A stretch of 64,000 nucleotides of DNA from an uncultured Actinomycetes bacterium (GCA_963706025.1 CAVPLM010000005.1:192001-256000); one strand, 5' to 3'. Positions 31,685 to 42,355 are shown, counted from the stretch's first letter. Notes: a model not told the origin generated them from the sequence alone. Numbers and translations are program-made.

Positions 31685-34600
31685 TTGCCCCACCTGCATT
31701 CCATGAGGCTTCGGGGCTTCAAGACCTTCGCCAAGCCCACCGAACTCGTCTTCGAACCCGGGGTCACCGTGATCATCGGACCGAACGGGAGCGGCAAGAG
31801 CAACATCGCCGACGCCGTTCTGTGGGTGTTGGGCGAGCAGAGCCCCGGCAATCTCCGGGGACGGTCCATGCAGGATGTGATCTTCTCGGGCCCCGACGGA
31901 CGGAAGTCAAGCGCGGTCGCTGAGGTCAGTCTGGTCTTCGACAACGAGTGCGGCTCGTTCCCGATGGACTGCAACCAGCTTGAGATCACCAGGAGATTGG
32001 TTAGAGACAGCGGGTCGGAGTATCGGTTGAACGGTACCGGTTGCAGGCTGCTGGATGTCCAGGACCTGGTCGGCGGCCTGGGCCTGGGCAGGGAGATGCA
32101 CAGTGTCGTCAGCCAGGGTAAGGTCGAGGCCCTCCTCAACTCCACTCCTGAAGCCCGGCGGGGACTGGTGGAGGAGGCGGCCGGACTGGGAGTGTTCAAG
32201 AAGCGGCGGGAGCGGGCCCAGGCGAAGCTGGAACGGACGCGGCGGAATCTTCTCCGCGTGGGAGACATCGAGCGGGAGGTCAATGGTGCCCTGCGGCCTC
32301 TCAGACAGCAGGTGGCAGCCGCGGAGCGGTTTGCCGAAGCTACGGAGGAATGGGCCCGCGCCAAGGCCAAGTGGGTCCTTCTCACCTTGGCCGGCATCCA
32401 GGACTCCTGTCGGGAGACCGGGGAAGAGCTGGCTCAACTGCGCAGGCGGCGGGGGGAGACAGAGACCGGACTGGCGGAGCTTCGCCGTCAACGTCTGGCC
32501 GAAGAGGAGCAGTTCGCCGCCGTGCTGCAGGGCCGGGAGGAGCTGAGCAGTGACTACCATCGGCTGCGCTCCGAAGCCGAGCGCGTTGAAGGACGGGCTG
32601 TCGCCCTCCGGCAGAGGGTGGCCCGCCTTGAAGGGGATCTGGATCGCGCGCGCAGGCGCCGGGAACTGGCGCAGGGCGAGATGGCTTCATTGGCCTCCCG
32701 GCTCGAGGCAATCACTGCTTTGTCCACAGACGAGGCCAGGCTTGGGGTAGTGAACGGTTGGGAAGCGGCCATGAATTCGGCACTGGAGGAGTCGCTCCCC
32801 GTCTATCGGACTCTGAGCGAGACCGAAGACGATCTCAAGGACGCGGTCTTCGAGCTGGAGGCGGCCCGCTCGCGGGCCGTGCAGGACCGTGACTTCCTCC
32901 GCAGGGAGATCGAAAGCAAAGAGCGGGCGATCTCGGAATTGACCGCGGTGATGCAAGCGGCGATCGCTCGTCTGGAGGAGTTGGAGGCAGAAGCAGCCGC
33001 GCTGGAGCGACAGAAGAAGGCGGGCGAGGAGGCGCTACGCTCGGCCCAGGAGGCGCTCACCGCGGCCGTATCCCGGCGCGAGGAAGCGCGGACCCGCGAG
33101 ACGGAAGCCGCCCGCGAAGAAACGGCCCTTAGAGAGGTCGTCGCCGGCCTTGAATCGAGAGAGGCGGTCTTGCGGGATGTCCTGGAGCGGAGGGAGGGCG
33201 TCCCGGCCGGTGCGCAGGCACTGCTGACTTCAGCCGAGAAGCATCGGCTCCTGACCGAGGTTCTCGTTGTGGAACCGGGCTACGAGAGGGCCCTGGCCGC
33301 CGCACTGGGATCCTTGGCCCAAGCCGTCGTCTGGGCTGACCGCGCCGATATCACCCTCGCCCTCGAAGTCGACGGGCCGCTCGAAGCCATTCGGGCCAAC
33401 GCGCATGTCGCCGCGGAGGCGGGACCGGAGGACACAGGGGCGGTGGATCCCGTGACCTCGTACGGAGAGCCGGCAGGATCCCTTCCTCCGGAGACCCGAG
33501 ATCTGTGGGAGTTCGTCTCGGGACCCAGAGAGTTGATCGACACCTTGAAGGTGCTTCTCCCGCCCACGGGGGTGCTGACCGGTGATGACCGGCTCGGCGC
33601 GTATCTGCCGGGCGAGGGGAGCGGGTCCTGGCGCGTGGTCACCCGCTCGGGTGAATTGGTCCGGGCGGGTCTGCACGTTGCGAGACGCAAGGATGTGGGA
33701 GCCGAGGCCATCCTGGAAGCGCAGAATGAACTGCGCTCTGTCGCTGGGGAGCGCGCGACGCTGGCAGAGAGGCTGGGGGAGGCCCGCAGGATTGCCGAAG
33801 AGGCGCGGGACGTGGCCGCGGGTGCCGAAGACGAATGCCGGCGGGCTGAGGAGACCCTGCGCGAGGCCGAGGCGAGGCTGGCGGCTCATGCGAACGAGTG
33901 CGACCTGCACGCCCGTCGCGTAGAGGAATCCGGGGTGGGGCGCTCGGAGTTGCAGGCTCGTCACGAGCGCGAGCTTGCAGCACTCGCCCAGTTGGCGGCC
34001 GATCTACACGCGCTGGAAGAGACGACGGCCTCAAGGGAGCTGGAGCTGGAGGCGGCTCGCGCGTCCCTTCGAGGCGCGCAGACTCGTCTTGAGTCTCTGA
34101 GGAACACCGTGGGCAGGTTGCGGGCCAAGAAGAGCCAGGCGGAGCTGGTCGAAGTCAGGCTGCGCGAGCGGTGCCGGGCCAACCAGAACGAACGTGAGCG
34201 TGCGCAGGCACAGTGGGACGCAGCGACTGCGGAGGCGGGGCGCTGCGAGCGCAGGGTGACGTTCTTGGAGCGCTATCTACCGGTCCTGAGCGGTTTGCTT
34301 GCCGTTGTCGAGAAGCTTGCGGAGCGCCTTCGGACTGTGTCGGTGGGGTTGGAATCGCAGTTGGAAGAAGTGCGGGTGCGCTCACAGGACGCAGCGAAGA
34401 CCATCCGGGACTGGGGAGGGGCGGAAGCCGAGCTTCAGCGCGAGCAGGACGCGTCGGCGGACCGGATAGGTCAGCTGCAGGTGGACGAGGCCCGGCTGGA
34501 CGATCGCCGGTCGGCGCTCGAGGGTGACCTTGCCGAACTCCGCCGTCGGCACCTGTCTCCCCGGGGACTGACCCTCGCGGGAGTGGTGGGTGAGGATGCG

Positions 34601-35377
34601 GACGTTCTGCTCGGGGCCGTGGAGCGAGCGGAACGCAGACGAGAGAAGATCGGGCCGGTCAATCCACTTGCCGAACGAGAGTGCGCGGAACTTGAAGAGC
34701 GAGCCCGCTTCCTGAAGGAGCAACGTCGTGATCTGGAAGCTTCGCTCTCCCAACTGCAAGAGCTGATCTCCGGGCTCGATGAACACATCGAGGGAGCTTT
34801 CTCCGAGATCTTTCAGGCCACCAGAGAGCATTTCTCGGCGGTTATCGCCACGGTGTTCCCGGGAGCAAAGGGAACGCTCAGACTCACGGAGGCGAGGACC
34901 GCCGCTGCGCGGGCGGAAACGGGGGTGAACGGTCGGCCCGGCGATCTGGAAGATGAGGAAGTCGTCGGGGAGGCCATGGGCGGCATAGCTCTCGAGGTGA
35001 GATTGCCGAACAAGGCCCCGCGCAGCATGAGTCTGCTCTCCGGAGGAGAAAAGGCGATGACGGCGATCGCCTTCCTCTTCTCGCTGTTTCTGGCTCGTCC
35101 CTGCCCCTTCTACATCCTGGACGAAGTGGAAGCCTCTCTTGACGATGTGAACATCCGCCGTTTCCTGTCCCTGATAAGGAAGTACAGGGAGAAGACGCAG
35201 TTCATAGTCATCACTCATCAGCGTCAGACCATGGAGATAGCCGACACGCTCTATGGCGTCGCTCTGGAGAGCGATGGCACCTCGCGCGTACTGTCTCGCA
35301 GATTTGGAGAGAAGAAGGAAACGCGCGACCGTGCCGGGCGGCGGGAGGCAGCGGGTCTGGTTCCGAAAGGGGCGTGA
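31685..35377 (+). CDS. smc: Chromosome segregation protein SMC
   Basis: GFKTFA, GPNGSGKSN, coiled coils, GPVN, LLSGGEK, PFYILDEVEASLD, QFIVITH; rnc-smc-ftsY synteny. Confidence 0.93.
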   Translation: MPHLHSMRLRGFKTFAKPTELVFEPGVTVIIGPNGSGKSNIADAVLWVLGEQSPGNLRGRSMQDVIFSGPDGRKSSAVAEVSLVFDNECGSFPMDCNQLEITRRLVRDSGSEYRLNGTGCRLLDVQDLVGGLGLGREMHSVVSQGKVEALLNSTPEARRGLVEEAAGLGVFKKRRERAQAKLERTRRNLLRVGDIEREVNGALRPLRQQVAAAERFAEATEEWARAKAKWVLLTLAGIQDSCRETGEELAQLRRRRGETETGLAELRRQRLAEEEQFAAVLQGREELSSDYHRLRSEAERVEGRAVALRQRVARLEGDLDRARRRRELAQGEMASLASRLEAITALSTDEARLGVVNGWEAAMNSALEESLPVYRTLSETEDDLKDAVFELEAARSRAVQDRDFLRREIESKERAISELTAVMQAAIARLEELEAEAAALERQKKAGEEALRSAQEALTAAVSRREEARTRETEAAREETALREVVAGLESREAVLRDVLERREGVPAGAQALLTSAEKHRLLTEVLVVEPGYERALAAALGSLAQAVVWADRADITLALEVDGPLEAIRANAHVAAEAGPEDTGAVDPVTSYGEPAGSLPPETRDLWEFVSGPRELIDTLKVLLPPTGVLTGDDRLGAYLPGEGSGSWRVVTRSGELVRAGLHVARRKDVGAEAILEAQNELRSVAGERATLAERLGEARRIAEEARDVAAGAEDECRRAEETLREAEARLAAHANECDLHARRVEESGVGRSELQARHERELAALAQLAADLHALEETTASRELELEAARASLRGAQTRLESLRNTVGRLRAKKSQAELVEVRLRERCRANQNERERAQAQWDAATAEAGRCERRVTFLERYLPVLSGLLAVVEKLAERLRTVSVGLESQLEEVRVRSQDAAKTIRDWGGAEAELQREQDASADRIGQLQVDEARLDDRRSALEGDLAELRRRHLSPRGLTLAGVVGEDADVLLGAVERAERRREKIGPVNPLAERECAELEERARFLKEQRRDLEASLSQLQELISGLDEHIEGAFSEIFQATREHFSAVIATVFPGAKGTLRLTEARTAAARAETGVNGRPGDLEDEEVVGEAMGGIALEVRLPNKAPRSMSLLSGGEKAMTAIAFLFSLFLARPCPFYILDEVEASLDDVNIRRFLSLIRKYREKTQFIVITHQRQTMEIADTLYGVALESDGTSRVLSRRFGEKKETRDRAGRREAAGLVPKGA

Positions 35378-35381
35378 CGTA

Positions 35382-36386
35382 TTGAGCCACGATTGGTCGG
35401 AAGTGTTCATCGGGGTAGCCGAAGAGGCTGTCGTTCACACTCCGGAGGAAGAGCAAGACAAGCAGGGAGGCTGGCTCTCACAACTCCGGGACGGCCTGAC
35501 AAAGAGTCGCAGGTTGCTGCAACAGCAGTTCGCCTCGGTGCTCTTCGACCGCTTTGATGAAGATCTGTGGGAGCAGATCGAGGAGGCGCTGATATACGCC
35601 GACGTCGGTGTCGATACCACCGTCTCGATCGTCGAGACCCTGGAGGCGGAGGCCGACGCCGGGACCATCAAGGACTCGGCCGGGCTTCTGGCAAAGCTCC
35701 GCGAGGTCACGGCGGCCCACTTCTGCCAGGCCGACACTCGCATAGACGTGGCTCACTCGCCCGCCGTGATCCTGATGGCCGGCGTGAACGGCACGGGCAA
35801 GACCACCACCATCGGCAAGATCGCCTGGCATCTGAAAGAGCTGGGGAAGGAGCCGCTTCTGGTGGCGGGAGACACCTTCCGGGCGGCGGCAGTGGAGCAG
35901 CTCGTTGAGTGGGGCCGGCGGGTCGGTTGCGAAGTGGTGCGACACGAGCGGGGTGGAGACCCCGGAGCCGTGGTCTTCGATGGCCTTGCCGCCGCCGAGG
36001 CCCGGGCAGCCGACGTGGTGATCATCGATACCGCCGGTCGGCTGCACACCCAGGTCAACCTGATGAAGGAGCTGGAAAAGATCGTCCGGGTCATAAAGAA
36101 ACGTGTGCCCGACGCCCCGCACGAGTGTCTGCTCACCATAGACGCGACCACCGGACAGAACGGTCTGGTCCAGGCCCGCATGTTCAAAGAGTCGGTCGAT
36201 CTGACCGGGGTGGTGCTGACCAAGATGGACGGCACCGCCAAGGGCGGTATCGCCCTGGCCGTGTCACACGAGCTGGAGCTGCCCATCAAGCTCATCGGCA
36301 CGGGAGAGAAGCTCGAGAGCCTGCAGCCGTTCGACCCGGTCGTTTTTGCCGGGCTGCTGTTCGATGACTCGCTGGCCCGGCGATGA
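35382..36386 (+). CDS. ftsY: Signal recognition particle receptor
   Basis: GVNGTGKTTTIGK, DTFRAAA, DTAGRLHT, DATTGQNG, TKMDGTAKGG; TTG start after AAAGGGG. Confidence 0.95.
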   Translation: MSHDWSEVFIGVAEEAVVHTPEEEQDKQGGWLSQLRDGLTKSRRLLQQQFASVLFDRFDEDLWEQIEEALIYADVGVDTTVSIVETLEAEADAGTIKDSAGLLAKLREVTAAHFCQADTRIDVAHSPAVILMAGVNGTGKTTTIGKIAWHLKELGKEPLLVAGDTFRAAAVEQLVEWGRRVGCEVVRHERGGDPGAVVFDGLAAAEARAADVVIIDTAGRLHTQVNLMKELEKIVRVIKKRVPDAPHECLLTIDATTGQNGLVQARMFKESVDLTGVVLTKMDGTAKGGIALAVSHELELPIKLIGTGEKLESLQPFDPVVFAGLLFDDSLARR

Positions 36387-36443
36387 GTCGGGCCTCATCC
36401 GGACTAGGGCGTGCCGTTGACGCTCCCACCCACGAGCGGCGGT

Positions 36444-36472
36444 TTGACGGGAGTTCCGGAGGCTAGTAAACT
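36444..36472 (+). promoter_or_regulatory. Sigma-A-type promoter of the ffh-rpsP operon
   Basis: TTGACG-17bp-TAAACT. Confidence 0.75.
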
Positions 36473-36545
36473 CCCACCCTCGCGGCCGGAACGGGGCCGC
36501 TGCGAAGCGGTGCCCGTGGGGCGCCGCCGAATTACAAGGTGACAG

Positions 36546-37880
36546 ATGTTCGATTCCCTCTCCGACAAGCTGCAGATAGCCTTCGACGGCCTCAAGAGAC
36601 AGGGCAAGCTCACGGACAAAGACGTGGAGCGGGCCGCTCGCGAGATCCGCTTGGCCTTGCTCGAGGCCGACGTCAACTACAAGGTGGTGAAGGAGTTCGT
36701 GGACAAGGTCAAGGAGCGTGCTCTTGGCGCCGAGGTCCTCGAGAGCCTCACTCCCGCCCAGCAGTTCATCAAGATCGTCAACGAAGAGCTGGTAGCTCTG
36801 ATGGGTTCGTCCACTACGAAGCTGACCTTCTCGCCTCGGCTGCCGACCGTGATCATGATGGTGGGCCTGCAGGGTTCGGGCAAGACGACGGCCTGTGGAA
36901 AACTGGCCAACTTCCTGCTCACACAGGGCAAGAGCCCCGGCCTGGTGGCAGGGGACGTCTACCGGCCGGCGGCCATCGACCAGTTGAAGACGCTGGGTGA
37001 GCAGCTCGGCGTCCCTGTGTACGACGAGGGCGTCAAGGCCGATCCGGTGGACATAGCCAAGCACGGCGTGGAATGGGCCCGCGAAAAGGGGCGCGACGTC
37101 CTGATCGTGGACACAGCCGGGCGGCTGCACATCGACGAGAAGCTGATGGAAGAGTTGGTGCGCATCCGCAACACGGTCAAGCCGCACAACATCCTGCTCG
37201 TCTTGGACGCCATGACCGGCCAGGATGCCGTCAATGTGGCCCTGCAGTTCCAGGAGCGGGTGCAGTTCGACGGGGTGATCCTGACCAAGATGGACGGTGA
37301 TGCCCGGGGCGGCGCCGCACTCTCGGTGCGCGCCGTGACCGGCAAGCCGATCAAGTTCGCGAGCAGCGGTGAGAAGCTCGACAACTTCGAGTACTTCCAC
37401 CCCGACAGAGTAGCTTCGCGCATCCTGGGGATGGGGGACGTGCTCTCGCTCATCGAGAAGGCCGAGCGCACCATCGACGAGAAGAAGGCGCGGGAGTTGG
37501 AGCAGAAGCTGCGCAAAAGCACCTTCACCTTCGACGACTTCCTCGAGCAGATCCAGCAGGTGCGCAAGATGGGCTCGATCTCCAGCCTGCTCGGGATGAT
37601 CCCCGGGATCCCCTCGTCCAAGCTCAAGGGTCTGCAGGTGGACGACAAGGCCTTCGACAAGATCCAGGCCGTAATCTACTCGATGACAGCAGAGGAGCGT
37701 CGTCACCCCGAACTCATCAACGGCAGCCGCCGCCGGCGCATCGCGGCCGGTTCAGGTTCCGATATCCACTCGGTCAACCAGTTGCTCAACCAGTTCAAGC
37801 AGGTGCAGAAGATGATGAAGCAGCTGGGCTCAGGCCGCATGCCCAAGAACCCGTTCCAGATGTTCGGGAACCCAAGTTAG
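36546..37880 (+). CDS. ffh: Signal recognition particle protein
   Basis: ALLEADV, GLQGSGKTT, DTAGRLH, TKMDGDARGGAALS, M domain SMT..ER..P...SRRRRIA.GSG. Confidence 0.97.
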   Translation: MFDSLSDKLQIAFDGLKRQGKLTDKDVERAAREIRLALLEADVNYKVVKEFVDKVKERALGAEVLESLTPAQQFIKIVNEELVALMGSSTTKLTFSPRLPTVIMMVGLQGSGKTTACGKLANFLLTQGKSPGLVAGDVYRPAAIDQLKTLGEQLGVPVYDEGVKADPVDIAKHGVEWAREKGRDVLIVDTAGRLHIDEKLMEELVRIRNTVKPHNILLVLDAMTGQDAVNVALQFQERVQFDGVILTKMDGDARGGAALSVRAVTGKPIKFASSGEKLDNFEYFHPDRVASRILGMGDVLSLIEKAERTIDEKKARELEQKLRKSTFTFDDFLEQIQQVRKMGSISSLLGMIPGIPSSKLKGLQVDDKAFDKIQAVIYSMTAEERRHPELINGSRRRRIAAGSGSDIHSVNQLLNQFKQVQKMMKQLGSGRMPKNPFQMFGNPS

Positions 37881-37896
37881 AGGGAGGAGGTGACCT

Positions 37897-38139
37897 ATGG
37901 CAACAGCTATCAGATTGGCGCGTCGAGGCAGCAAGAAGCGTCCGACGTACCGCATCGTGGTGGCGGATTCTCGCCGGGCCCGTGACGGCCGGTTCATCGA
38001 GACCATCGGCTACTACAACCCGCAGAACGATCCGTCTGTCATCGAAGTGGACGAGACCAAGGCCAAGAAATGGCTGGAATCCGGCGCTCAGCCCTCCGAT
38101 ACGGTGCGCAAACTCCTGAGTCTGAAAGGCATCGTCTAG
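37897..38139 (+). CDS. rpsP: 30S ribosomal protein S16
   Basis: [36 protein letters not shown]...GAQPSDTV. Confidence 0.97.
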   Translation: MATAIRLARRGSKKRPTYRIVVADSRRARDGRFIETIGYYNPQNDPSVIEVDETKAKKWLESGAQPSDTVRKLLSLKGIV

Positions 38140-38370
38140 GTGAAAGAACTGCTTGAATTCCTGGCCCGGTCGCTCGTCGACCACCCCGAACAGGTGCGGG
38201 TCGAGGAGATCGAGTCCGAAAACGGAGTGGTACTGCGACTCAGCGTGGCCAAGGAAGACGTGGGGAAGGTCATCGGCAAACAGGGTCGCATCGCCCGAGC
38301 CCTGCGGACCGTGGTGAAAGCGAGCGCCGTCAAGGACGGTAAGCAAGCTACCGTCGAGATACTCGACTAG
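38140..38370 (+). CDS. khpA: KH-domain RNA-binding protein
   Basis: LVDHPEQV...DVGKVIGKQGRIARALRTVV; follows rpsP. Confidence 0.9.
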   Translation: MKELLEFLARSLVDHPEQVRVEEIESENGVVLRLSVAKEDVGKVIGKQGRIARALRTVVKASAVKDGKQATVEILD

Positions 38371-38473
38371 GCTCGTTTCGAATGACCTTTCGCGGACCGA
38401 GGACGACGCGCCACGCCGCTCAGTGCGGGCTCGGCGGCCGAGATGTTGTCCCGAAACGGGCCCTGTGACCGGC

Positions 38474-39130
38474 ATGTCGCGCCCGGAGTGGATCGAGGTG
38501 GGCCGGGTATCCCGGCCTCACGGCGTGCACGGAGAAGTGCGGATCGTGCCCAGTTCGGACAACCCGGAGCGCTTCACCCCCGACTCCGTCCTGTACGCGC
38601 GGCCTGGGCGCCTGGGCGTCGCGGGGCCGCGCCTCCGGGAGCAAGTGCGGCTGACCATCTCGACCATCCGAGGCGACGAGGGCTTCCCCATCCTGGGGTT
38701 CAGCGAGGTCGTGGGCCGCGATGCGGCCGAGGCGTTGCGGGACTACGTGCTCGAGATCCGCTCGAGCCAACTTCCGGAACTGGACGAAGACGAGTTCTAT
38801 CCCTTCGATCTCATCGGTCTGGAGGTCCGGGACCAAAGCGGAGCCGTCATCGGCCGGGTGAAGGACGTGCTGGACTCCCCGGCGCACCCACTGTTGCTGG
38901 TCGCGAGCGGGTCGGGCACGGTCGAAACCACGGAGACGGAGTACCTGATCCCCTTCGTGAGCCCGGCGGTGCCGGTCGTGGCCCTGACCGAAGGATACCT
39001 GGTGGTCGCGCCGGGCTTCCTGGGGGACCACGACGCTCCCGGGGCCGCTGGCGAGGACGGCCCTGACGACGAGGGCGGCCCCGACGATGAGGGCGGCCCT
39101 GACGACGAGGGCGGCCTCGGTCCGGGATGA
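38474..39130 (+). CDS. rimM: Ribosome maturation factor RimM with acidic repeat tail
   Basis: VGRVSRPHGVHGEV, LPELDEDEFY..DLIGL, LIPFV; C-terminal (DDEGGP)x3 from an 18-bp repeat. Confidence 0.93.
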   Translation: MSRPEWIEVGRVSRPHGVHGEVRIVPSSDNPERFTPDSVLYARPGRLGVAGPRLREQVRLTISTIRGDEGFPILGFSEVVGRDAAEALRDYVLEIRSSQLPELDEDEFYPFDLIGLEVRDQSGAVIGRVKDVLDSPAHPLLLVASGSGTVETTETEYLIPFVSPAVPVVALTEGYLVVAPGFLGDHDAPGAAGEDGPDDEGGPDDEGGPDDEGGLGPG

Positions 39131-39831
39131 AACGCATCATCGTCTTCACCTTGGTACCGGAGGCCTTCACTTGGTTCCAGGCCCAACATCCGGTCGCCAA
39201 CGCGATCACGAGCGGCGCGGCCGTGCTGCACGTCCACAACCTGCGCGACTACGGCGCCCCGCCGCATCATGAGGTCGACGATACCCCCTATGGCGGCGGA
39301 CCGGGCATGGTCACCCGGGTCGATGTGGTCGGTCACGCCCTCGAGCAGGTGTTCGGGGAGCCGGCCGGGCACGTGCGCGACACCCGAGACGTCTATGTGC
39401 TGTCCGCGGGAGGGCGGCCGTTCGACCAAACTCTGAGTCGCGGACTGTCCGAGAGCGGACGAGAGCTCGTGCTCCTCTGTGGCCGGTTCGAGGGCTTCGA
39501 TGCTAGGGTGGAAGCGCTGTTCGCCACGGGATCGCTCTCCATCGGGCCCTATGTGCTGGCCGGGGGGGAAGTGGCCGCGTTGGCCGTGGTCGAGGCGGTG
39601 ATACGACATCTTCCGGGCTCGTTGGGAAACGCTGAGAGCGTGCTGGAGGAATCCTTCAGCGAAGGACTGGGGGGGATGGTGGAGTACCCACATTACACCC
39701 GGCCTCGTATCTACCAAGGCGCGGAGGTCCCGGCGGTCCTGGTGAGTGGAGATCATGGGGCCATCGCACGTTGGCGGCGGGAGAACGCCCGTCCTTCACC
39801 GTGGGGGTGGAGAGAAGGGAGCAGAACGTGA
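39127..39831 (+). CDS. trmD: tRNA (guanine37-N1)-methyltransferase
   Basis: VDDTPYGGGPGMV, LCGRFEGFDAR, SIGPYVLAGGE, EYPHYTRP, SGDH. Confidence 0.95.
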   Translation: MKRIIVFTLVPEAFTWFQAQHPVANAITSGAAVLHVHNLRDYGAPPHHEVDDTPYGGGPGMVTRVDVVGHALEQVFGEPAGHVRDTRDVYVLSAGGRPFDQTLSRGLSESGRELVLLCGRFEGFDARVEALFATGSLSIGPYVLAGGEVAALAVVEAVIRHLPGSLGNAESVLEESFSEGLGGMVEYPHYTRPRIYQGAEVPAVLVSGDHGAIARWRRENARPSPWGWREGSRT

Positions 39832-40481
39832 GCGGCGAGCAAGACCGATCGAACCGGGGAAGCTCCGGCTCATCGCCTACGGAGACCACGGGGAGCAGCA
39901 CGCCGCGGAGCGAGGACCGCCGGGCGACGACGGGAAGCTCCAAAGCCCGCGGGGTCGAGAAGAAGAGGCGTGGTGCTCTTGGGATGGTGATCGAGGTCGT
40001 GGTGATCGTAGCGGCGGCTTTCGCGATCGCCCTGCTGGTGCAGTGGCTACTGGTCAAGCCGTTCACTATCCACCAGGTGTCCATGCAGCCCACCCTGATG
40101 GAAGGGGACCGCATCCTTATCAACCGTCTGACGTATCACTTCAGGGATCCCCGGAGTGGTGACGTAGTGGTCTTCGATTCTCCCATCAACGAGAGCGAGG
40201 ATCTGGTCAAGCGCGTCGTGGCCGTAGAGGGCGACGAAGTAGCCATCCAAGACGGGTCCCTTTTCGTGAACGGTGTCGCCCAAGAAGAACCGTATCTTCT
40301 CGAGCAGGATTTCCAGGGCGAGGAAGGCGAGACCGTCGTCCCGGTCGGCCACGTCTTCGTGCTCGGCGACAATCGCAACAACAGTGGCGACAGCCGCATC
40401 TTCGGGCCGATCCCCGCAGACTCCATCATCGGGACCGGGTTCGTGATCTACTGGCCCATCGGGCACTGGGGAGGCATCTAG
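39828..40481 (+). CDS. lepB: Signal peptidase I (copy 1)
   Basis: TM then [22 protein letters not shown]. Confidence 0.93.
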   Translation: MSGEQDRSNRGSSGSSPTETTGSSTPRSEDRRATTGSSKARGVEKKRRGALGMVIEVVVIVAAAFAIALLVQWLLVKPFTIHQVSMQPTLMEGDRILINRLTYHFRDPRSGDVVVFDSPINESEDLVKRVVAVEGDEVAIQDGSLFVNGVAQEEPYLLEQDFQGEEGETVVPVGHVFVLGDNRNNSGDSRIFGPIPADSIIGTGFVIYWPIGHWGGI

Positions 40482-40539
40482 CACCCGTCGGCCGCGCAGG
40501 GTGCACGGCGAGCGGTCCGAGGCCGCCGGCGGCTTCAGG

Positions 40540-40568
40540 TTGCATTCAGCGGCCGTATGCTCTAAAGT
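40540..40568 (+). promoter_or_regulatory. Sigma-A-type promoter of rplS
   Basis: TTGCAT-17bp-TAAAGT. Confidence 0.55.
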
Positions 40569-40633
40569 CTGCTGGCTTTTCTGGGCATTGCCTTTCTGAT
40601 GAACGCAGGATGACGCTAGGGCTAGGTATACAC

Positions 40634-40978
40634 ATGGGCGCGATAGAGGAATTCGAGCGGGGACAGCTCCGTCAGGGCATCCCGGATTTCAAATCCGGAG
40701 ACACCTTGCGTGTGCACTTCAAAGTGGTCGAAGGGAGCCGGGAGAGGATCCAGGTGTTCCAGGGCTTCTGTATCCGCAAGCAGGGCCATGGGGTGCGGGA
40801 GACCTTCACGGTGCGCAAGCAGTCCTTCGGAGTAGGGGTGGAGCGCACTTTCCCCCTGCATTCCCCTAAGATCGAGAAGATAGAGGTCACCGCCATCGGT
40901 GATGTCTCTAGGGCCAAGCTCTACTACCTGCGTGAGAAGCTGGGCAAGAAAGCCCGAGTCAAAGAGAAGCGTATCTGA
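40634..40978 (+). CDS. rplS: 50S ribosomal protein L19
   Basis: [52 protein letters not shown]. Confidence 0.97.
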   Translation: MGAIEEFERGQLRQGIPDFKSGDTLRVHFKVVEGSRERIQVFQGFCIRKQGHGVRETFTVRKQSFGVGVERTFPLHSPKIEKIEVTAIGDVSRAKLYYLREKLGKKARVKEKRI

Positions 40979-40992
40979 GGAGCGGGGGTCCG

Positions 40993-41598
40993 GTGAGCGA
41001 ACCGGATTCGGTCTCTCTGGCCGAGCCGGAGCCGTTGGGCGCCGTCGAAGAGGCGCCTGTGGCTGAGGCGGTCAAGCGAGGGAATCGCACCCTTCGCTGG
41101 GTCGTCGAGGTGGTCGTGATCGTAGCGGCCGCTTTCGTGCTCGCCCTTCTGGTACAACAGTTCATCGTCAAACCATTTGCTATCCCGTCTCCCTCCATGG
41201 AGCCCACTCTGGTCGAGGGCGACCGCGTCCTGGTGAACCGGCTCGTTTACCACTTCCGGTCCCCGGAGAAAGGCGACGTCGTCGTCTTCCACCCTCCTGA
41301 CCGACCCGGGTCCGACCCCTTCATCAAGCGAGTAGTGGCGGTGAGCGGCGATACCATCGCCGTGCACGACGGGGCGCTCTGGGTGAACGACGTGGCTCAG
41401 GACGAGTCGTTCATCAAGGAATACCCCATCCTCGACGATTTCCCCGAGACCACCATCGCTCCTGGTTATGTGTGGGTCATGGGCGACAATCGCAACAACA
41501 GCGGCGACAGCCGTATCTTCGGGCCGGTGAGCGAGGAGGCCATCATGGGCGAGGCCTTCGCCGTCTACTGGCCGCTCGGCCATCTCAGCGGCCTCTAG
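40993..41598 (+). CDS. lepB: Signal peptidase I (copy 2)
   Basis: [27 protein letters not shown]; canonical rplS-lepB-rnhB position. Confidence 0.93.
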   Translation: MSEPDSVSLAEPEPLGAVEEAPVAEAVKRGNRTLRWVVEVVVIVAAAFVLALLVQQFIVKPFAIPSPSMEPTLVEGDRVLVNRLVYHFRSPEKGDVVVFHPPDRPGSDPFIKRVVAVSGDTIAVHDGALWVNDVAQDESFIKEYPILDDFPETTIAPGYVWVMGDNRNNSGDSRIFGPVSEEAIMGEAFAVYWPLGHLSGL

Positions 41599-41620
41599 CC
41601 CGACCGGATTCGTGCCCAGG

Positions 41621-42355
41621 ATGGTCCCACTGGAGCCGCCCAGCGACGGCCTGCAGCGGCCGACCTCCGGCCGAGGGACAGGTCGCAGCAAGCGGCGACT
41701 TTCCGATCCTTTCCGATTCGACCTTGCTCTGCTTGCTGAGTACGGACCGTCTCAAGAAGAGACCGACCTGCGTTTGGCGGGAGCCGACGAAGCCGGTCGT
41801 GGCTCCCTCGCCGGCCCGTTGGTGGCGGCCGCCGTGGTGCTGGACTACGCCGGCGGCCCCTTCACCATCCTCAAGGGGCTGACCGACTCCAAGCTCCTTT
41901 CGTCCGAGGCCCGGGAGGAGATGTACCAGAGGGTGCTCCGCTCGGCCACCCATGTTTCGTGGGTGGCCTACTGTCCGGGGACCATCGACCGCGTGGGGCT
42001 GCACCGCTGCAATCTAGCGGCCCTCTCCGGAGCGCTCGAGTCTCTGGATAGGCACTATGCGTTCGCGGTCGTCGACGGGTTCGATCTCGATCGTCCCGAT
42101 CTGCTCGCCCGAGCGATCGTGGGTGCGGACTACAAGAGCGCCGCGGTGGCGGCGGCGTCGGTCGTGGCAAAAGTGGTGAGAGACCGTCTGATGAGGACTC
42201 TTGCCCTAGCGCACCCGGAGTACGGCTTCGATGAGCACGTGGGCTACGCAACCGCACGGCATCGGGACGCGCTCCGGCGCCACGGACCCTGCCGCCTTCA
42301 CCGGCTGAGCTTCCAGGGTGTGAACACGTCGCAGCTGGGATTGTGGGACGAGTGA
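41621..42355 (+). CDS. rnhB: Ribonuclease HII
   Basis: AGADEAGRGSLAGP, DSKLL, VDG, VAAASVVAKVVRDRLM, YGF..H.GY.T..H, HRLSF. Confidence 0.93.
   Translation: MVPLEPPSDGLQRPTSGRGTGRSKRRLSDPFRFDLALLAEYGPSQEETDLRLAGADEAGRGSLAGPLVAAAVVLDYAGGPFTILKGLTDSKLLSSEAREEMYQRVLRSATHVSWVAYCPGTIDRVGLHRCNLAALSGALESLDRHYAFAVVDGFDLDRPDLLARAIVGADYKSAAVAAASVVAKVVRDRLMRTLALAHPEYGFDEHVGYATARHRDALRRHGPCRLHRLSFQGVNTSQLGLWDE

Noticed and set aside
36387-36545. SRP RNA (ffs) between ftsY and ffh
   Set aside because: No CAGG-CC-GNAA-GG-AGCAG domain IV motif; the region is explained by the ffh promoter and a short leader.
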